Positions 59,301 through 64,000 of a DNA stretch of 64,000 nt are shown here, piece by piece. Each line of letters starts with the position of its first letter. Positions within the stretch are counted from its first letter, which is position 1. The notes beneath the pieces were generated by a model. The model searched no databases and was not told the origin of the DNA. It was given only the letters and a program-made list of their open reading frames with translations. The translations under genes and the position numbers were made by a program. Source of the stretch: an uncultured delta proteobacterium (GTDB lineage: Bacteria; Myxococcota_A; Polyangia; Polyangiales; JAFGIB01); assembly GCA_963778655.1 (NCBI GenBank), contig CAVZVA010000010.1, positions 384,001 to 448,000 of the forward strand. The letters run 5' to 3'.

Positions 59301-62300
59301 TCAGAACTGCGAGATCAGCTTGGCGTAGACGATGCGCCCACGCGGGTCGTGCAGCGACGGATCGAACCCGGACAGGGCGATCTGCCCCGGCTCCGCATAG
59401 GGCGGGTCGCTATCGAGAAGGTTGTACACGCCGAGCCGCATCGTGAGCTCCTTGCCGATGAAGTCCTTGAGCGTGTAGCTGTATTGCAGGTCGACGGTGG
59501 TGAAGCTTCCGATGACGGGAAGATTCCACAGCACGCCAGGATGGTTCGCGGCGGCCTGATCGTCGACCACGCTACTGATGAAGTGGGTGATCACCGCCGC
59601 GTGATGGCCCTTGAACCCCCAGGTCACCGGGAAGTTGGCCCTCCAACGCGGGATCGCGGGCAGGGCCGCGGTCGAGTTGCGGACGCCTGCCAGATGACAG
59701 GTCGAGGTGGGGCTGGTGCCGTCGCACTTGACGCCGTCCTTGACCGCATCGGCGAGCATCTCGGCGTAAGGAATGTTGTAGCTCAGCGTGTAGGTGCCGA
59801 TGGCACCGAAGCTGATCGTGCCGAAGTCCTCTTTGTCGCCGCCGAACGTCGCGCCCGTGAGGTTGATGGTGGCCCCGAAGTCGATGCCGTCGGTGACAAG
59901 CGAGCCCTTGGTATTGATGGTGTCGGCGTTGACCGCGGTGACCTTGCACGTTGCGCTCGTGCCCGAGGTGATCAGGTGCGGATCAGCGGGACAGGTCATA
60001 TTGCCCGGCGCATCGCGCTCCGTGAAGAAGTTGCTCAGGATCTGGCTGTAGTTCTCCTGCTTGATCCGATCTTTGTAGTTGTAGAACCAGAACTCGCCGA
60101 GCAGCCCGAGCTCGTCGATCGGCGACCACGCCAGCCCGCCGCTGACCGCGGTGGCATACTCGGGCTTGAGATTCTGATTGCCGAAGTAGTGAATTCCGAC
60201 CAGGGACGGCAGCCCTCCGCCCTTGGGGTCGACGATGGCGGCCGGCAGCACGACGCTTCCAGGAAACGAGTTGTAGAGCGAGGGCCCGCGAAACGCGTAG
60301 GTGGCGTGGCCGCGGATCTGCAGCCTGCGCAGCGCGGGCGCGACGTTGTCGCGGCCGGCGATCTCGGAGGGCGTGATCGTGATGCCGACCGACGGGCTGG
60401 GCGCGCTCTTGTTGATGTCGTCGTAGTACTCGATGCGACCCGCCGTCTGCAGCTCGATGCCGTCGTAGAAGGGCCAGCGCAGCTCCAGATAGCCGCTGTA
60501 CACGTTGCGCCTGGCCACCGCGTTGGTGTCGCCCAACAGCAGGCCGAAGTTGGTCTGGGTGGCGTCGTGGTCGTTGATGCTCTGGCGCCACTCGTGCCGC
60601 AGCTCGCCGCCGAAGGCCAGGCCCACGTCGCCGCCGGGCAGCTCGAACAGGTTGCCGGTCATCCCCGCATTGTAGGTCTGCATGGAATGATCGGTCTGGG
60701 TGATCAGCGGGCCGCGAATCGCTGCCTGAACGCTGTCGGAGTTGGGCGTGCCGGTTCCCAGCACCGAGGAATAGAACGGGTTGTAGCAATTCTGAAGGTG
60801 CGCGGGATCACTGCACGCGCTGAGCCCGTTGAGGATCTCCGACTGCAGCGTGTCGTTGATGATGCTGTGGTAGCGATCCTGCGAGTAGGTCGAGTAGACG
60901 TCCCACTCCCAGCTCTCGAAGATGGTATCGGCGGCCGCATCCTCGAGGTCGCCCTTGAGGCCGGCCACGATGCGCAGCGTGTCATCGTCCGCGTTGCTGT
61001 AGGTCGGTCCTGCATCGAGCCCGAAGGGCCGCCCGATGAAATCCGCCTCTACGCCGAAGGGGTTGTCCACGTGGCTGGCGGGCACCGGCGGAAAGCCGGT
61101 TCCGCTGCCGTAGCGAACCGCGGGCGCGATCGGGAAGGTGTTGAAGGTTTGGTCGCCGCGCGAGCGCGAGACCAGCAGCTCGCTGTAGAGCGTGGTGTGG
61201 TTGGTAAGGTCGTAATCGGCGCTGCCGAACGCGTTGACGCGCTCTCCGGCCGGGATCAGCGAGGTGAACGAGCGGGTGTTGAGCACGCACAGGTGGCTGG
61301 CCTGGTCGATCTGCGAGCCCGGCGCCCGGGTGCAATCCGGGTCGGGCATGGACCCGGCTCCGACCACATAGGATCCCGGGAACCCTTGCGACGCCCGTAC
61401 CAGCGTGTCCGACCTCGCGGTCCAATCGCGCTGAGTGTCCAGCAACTCGTTGTTGCGGGTGTATTGCATCGACAACATCACGCGACCTTTGTCGCTGTGC
61501 GCGCCGAGCGCGGCGCTGACCGTGCCGTCGCGCTCGTCGAAGCTGTGGGTGGTGCCCTCGCCGTCGATCTCCACCCGCGCGCCGTCGAAGTTCTTGCGGG
61601 TGATGATGTTGACCACGCCGCCGACGGCGTCGGATCCGTAGATCGACGACGCGCCGCCCTTCAGAATCTCGATCCGCTCCACCGCAGCGAGCGGGATCGT
61701 GCCGAGGTCTCCGTATTGGGCCGCGATCCCGCCGCCGCTGGGGGCGACGCGCCGGCCGTTGATCAGGACCAGGGTGTTGCTGACGCCCAGGCCGCGCAGG
61801 TTGATGGCGACGGTGCCCGGAGACGAGCCGAGCGCATAGCCGCCCGGAAAGCCCGAGCTCTGCGCGACCGTGAGGTATTGGACGACGTCGGCCAGGTTGG
61901 TCGCGCCGCTGTACTCGAGCTGTTTGCGGTCGATGATCTGCACGGGCGCGGACGCCACGAAGGCGGCCGAGCGCTTGATGCGCGAGCCGGTGACGACGAT
62001 CTCTCCGCCTTCACCCTGCGCAGCGGGTGCGGGCGCCTCCGCAGGTGGGGCCTCGGCTTCCGGCGCGGCTTCGGCGGGCGGCGCGGCCTCGGCGGCCTCG
62101 CCCGGTGTCGGCGCGCTGGGCTCGGCTTGCTCGGGCGCGGATGGAGCCGCGGGCTCTTCGGTCGGCGGAGCGGCAGGCGCGGCCTCGTCCGGCGCGGGCT
62201 CAGCGGGCGCGGCCTCCTCGGGCGCTGGCGGCGCAGCGGCAGGTGGCTGCTGAGCGACTGCAAGCGAGCTCGAGCCGAGCACCAGCAACATCGCTACGAA

Positions 62301-62318
62301 ATCGATTCGCTGCTTCAC
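59301..62318 (-). CDS. TonB-dependent outer-membrane receptor
   Basis: Signal peptide; Pro/Ala/Glu linker; TonB box EIVVTGS; plug motifs INLRGLG..NTLVLINGRR and VERIEILKGGASSIYGSDAVGGVVNIIT; NLKPE; C-terminal F. Confidence 0.95.
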   Translation of the reverse strand: MKQRIDFVAMLLVLGSSSLAVAQQPPAAAPPAPEEAAPAEPAPDEAAPAAPPTEEPAAPSAPEQAEPSAPTPGEAAEAAPPAEAAPEAEAPPAEAPAPAAQGEGGEIVVTGSRIKRSAAFVASAPVQIIDRKQLEYSGATNLADVVQYLTVAQSSGFPGGYALGSSPGTVAINLRGLGVSNTLVLINGRRVAPSGGGIAAQYGDLGTIPLAAVERIEILKGGASSIYGSDAVGGVVNIITRKNFDGARVEIDGEGTTHSFDERDGTVSAALGAHSDKGRVMLSMQYTRNNELLDTQRDWTARSDTLVRASQGFPGSYVVGAGSMPDPDCTRAPGSQIDQASHLCVLNTRSFTSLIPAGERVNAFGSADYDLTNHTTLYSELLVSRSRGDQTFNTFPIAPAVRYGSGTGFPPVPASHVDNPFGVEADFIGRPFGLDAGPTYSNADDDTLRIVAGLKGDLEDAAADTIFESWEWDVYSTYSQDRYHSIINDTLQSEILNGLSACSDPAHLQNCYNPFYSSVLGTGTPNSDSVQAAIRGPLITQTDHSMQTYNAGMTGNLFELPGGDVGLAFGGELRHEWRQSINDHDATQTNFGLLLGDTNAVARRNVYSGYLELRWPFYDGIELQTAGRIEYYDDINKSAPSPSVGITITPSEIAGRDNVAPALRRLQIRGHATYAFRGPSLYNSFPGSVVLPAAIVDPKGGGLPSLVGIHYFGNQNLKPEYATAVSGGLAWSPIDELGLLGEFWFYNYKDRIKQENYSQILSNFFTERDAPGNMTCPADPHLITSGTSATCKVTAVNADTINTKGSLVTDGIDFGATINLTGATFGGDKEDFGTISFGAIGTYTLSYNIPYAEMLADAVKDGVKCDGTSPTSTCHLAGVRNSTAALPAIPRWRANFPVTWGFKGHHAAVITHFISSVVDDQAAANHPGVLWNLPVIGSFTTVDLQYSYTLKDFIGKELTMRLGVYNLLDSDPPYAEPGQIALSGFDPSLHDPRGRIVYAKLISQF

Positions 62319-62723
62319 GCTTCGTCTCCACCACTCGATGTGTTGTCTGCAATCGGCCGCGGCGCCGACCCTGTCCCCGGCTTCTCTTGCAGGCTGCTGC
62401 CCACGCAGCGGCGACAGCGCAGCGGAGCCTAGTCGAGCCCGATGCGTACAATCAAGCGCATCTCAAGCGAGCGATGGATAACGGCGCTTACCTGCGCTTT
62501 CCGGAAGCCGGGCTCGAGCAAGGCGCCCGCGCGAGTGTGTTTGAATACTGCTCAAGCGTTGCGATGGGCGAACCCGGCGTCACACCTCCCCGCCTGGTGC
62601 CATGAGGCGTCGCCGTGTGCAGCGCCGCAAACAGGGACACCTGCGACTAGTCCTCGCTACGCGCGCGCTGCGCGCCGCTTAGGCCGGATAGACTCCCGTC
62701 CAGACCTAGCTCTTCGAAGCATT

Positions 62724-62789
62724 CAACAGGAAGACGGGAAGGCGAGAAGAACAAACCCTCGGAACTTCCCGGCTTCCCGCCTTCCTGTG
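62724..62789. repeat. REP-like palindrome of the 8-mer family (copy D)
   Basis: acaggaag-acgggaag-gcgagaag ... cttcccgg-cttcccgc-cttcctgt. Confidence 0.75.
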
Positions 62790-62835
62790 GATCTCTTGGT
62801 CCCGGGGCGGCCACATTCCGGAACGAGAACTCGGC

Positions 62836-63318
62836 CTAGGGTGCAAGCACGCTGCCTGCGTCTTGTTGCGCCCCGGCGTCCTCGGAGCCCTTGGCGGATG
62901 GCGCGCTCATCACCGACGGCGGCAGCGCCGGTATGCTGCAAAAGCGTTGCGCCGGGTTGCCGAGCACCAAGGCATCACCCGCGTCGGGCTCGCCGAAATC
63001 GGTCTCGCTGGTGCAGCGGTAGCCCTCGCTCGTGCGGCAGTCACTGTTGCTCGAGCACTTGAGCATGCAATAGGTCACCGCCAGGCGCTCGAGCTGGGGG
63101 CGAAACTTCACGCACACCGCTTCGCTCGGGCAGGTGCCTTCCTCGCAGCCCTGGATGGTGCAGTAGCCGCCGGGTTGGGTGCGGTCGCACGGGCGACTGC
63201 CCTGGGCGGAGCAGTCGAGGGCGTTGCTGCACTTGTCGCCAATCGCGGGTGCGCAGCCGGCGCCCACGAGTAGCAGGCAAGCGAAGGCGAGCGGGGGTCC
63301 GAGCCAAGGGCGCGACAT
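62836..63318 (-). CDS. Cys-rich lipoprotein
   Basis: VGAGC lipobox; IGD.C....DC; PGGYCT..GC; CP.EA.C; C...C....DCR..EGY.C. Confidence 0.82.
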   Translation of the reverse strand: MSRPWLGPPLAFACLLLVGAGCAPAIGDKCSNALDCSAQGSRPCDRTQPGGYCTIQGCEEGTCPSEAVCVKFRPQLERLAVTYCMLKCSSNSDCRTSEGYRCTSETDFGEPDAGDALVLGNPAQRFCSIPALPPSVMSAPSAKGSEDAGAQQDAGSVLAP

Positions 63319-63606
63319 GGGCGCCGGAGCATAGACGCTCGGCCCGGGGTGGGCCAGGGAAAGGGGCGGGCGCCGGCGGGGCGGGCTGCCCCGCCGGCCG
63401 GGACGGCCGGGCGTCGGGGCCGGTCCGCGGCTCGCGGTTTCCCCCAGTGATTACAGCGCTGATGAAAGTAGTACACGGCGGCGGCAAGAGGCGGCTATAC
63501 TGGAACCAGCCGCTCAGCTCACGGTACATCGGAGCTCGAAGGCAACCGCACCCAGGTGATCTCCCCGCCTACCAGCACGACCTCCGGGAGCACGCGACCA
63601 GGACGA

Positions 63607-64000
63607 ATGCGCATCACAGCAGCAGGGCTGACCGATGTGGGACTGCAGCGCGACCATAACGAGGACACGTTCGGGTGCCTCGCGGATCACCGGCTGTACC
63701 TGGTCGCGGACGGTATGGGCGGCCACCAGAGCGGTGAGGTCGCCAGCTCGATGGCCGCCGAGCGCATGCGCGCGTTCTTCGAGGCCACCGAGAAGGAAGA
63801 CGCCACCTGGCCCTTCCCCATCGATCCCAATCTGACGCTGGCCGAGAACCGCCTCTCGGCCGCGATCAAAATGGCCAACAAGCAGATCTTCGAGCGCTCG
63901 GTGACCGAGCACTCCCTGCAGGGCATGGGTACGACCGTCGTGGGTCTGTTGCTTTGCCCGGAGCGGCGGGTCGCGTACATCGCGCACGTCGGCGACAGCC
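63607..64000 (+). CDS. PP2C-family Ser/Thr protein phosphatase, truncated by the window edge
   Basis: Not in the ORF track. Manual translation: MRITAAGLTDVGLQRDHNED...LYLVADGMGGH..GEVAS...GMGTT...IAHVGDS. Confidence 0.93.
   Translation, partial: MRITAAGLTDVGLQRDHNEDTFGCLADHRLYLVADGMGGHQSGEVASSMAAERMRAFFEATEKEDATWPFPIDPNLTLAENRLSAAIKMANKQIFERSVTEHSLQGMGTTVVGLLLCPERRVAYIAHVGDS

Noticed and set aside
62020..62250. Repeat-like DNA at the TonB receptor 5' end
   Set aside because: Low-complexity Pro/Ala/Glu linker codons, not a discrete repeat unit.
59274..62432. 1052-aa + strand ORF
   Set aside because: Antisense shadow of the TonB receptor caused by high-GC codon bias; no motifs.
62320..62720. 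Cobalamin or other riboswitch ahead of the TonB receptor
   Set aside because: No B12-box or other aptamer consensus recognisable by eye; an Rfam scan would be needed to exclude it fully.

Overview
Very GC-rich chromosomal window, most likely from a myxobacterium (Myxococcota, Polyangia-like). This is inferred from a MYXO-CTERM-type tail, an FHA-sigma54 activator, a DUF1844 gene and many Cys-rich lipoproteins. About 48 real genes can be supported; most other ORFs in the track are GC-driven shadows. Contents in order: tamB-tamA/bamA, TlpA, two tandem P-type ATPases (CopA and a giant CtpH/CtpI-like pump), tandem outer-membrane barrels, GGDEF, AAA ATPase, GT-C glycosyltransferases, rel, GDPD/patatin, a TPR lipoprotein with a MacB-like permease, DctP, a LuxR/flavin monooxygenase pair, a 46-54 kb envelope redox cluster, a TonB receptor-PKD-MFS-dppBC-LLM run, and a PP2C phosphatase. 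The best candidate for an undescribed system is the 46.6-53.8 kb cluster, which combines four c-type heme proteins (two with non-canonical CX3CH/CX4CH motifs, one with a MYXO-CTERM tail), DUF3570/DUF4266/DUF2271-type proteins with ApbE-type flavinylation motifs, and a second barrel. Other notable signals: a structured repeat family with compensatory stem changes (an in-frame 132-bp array in a signal-peptide region at 35.2-35.6 kb and a diverged copy at 55 kb), a second REP-like family built from 8-mers, a 131-bp MITE-like element, and an in-frame TGA in the MFS gene. No rRNA, tRNA, CRISPR array, transposase or integrase was recognised. All family calls come from motif recognition by eye; no database search was run.
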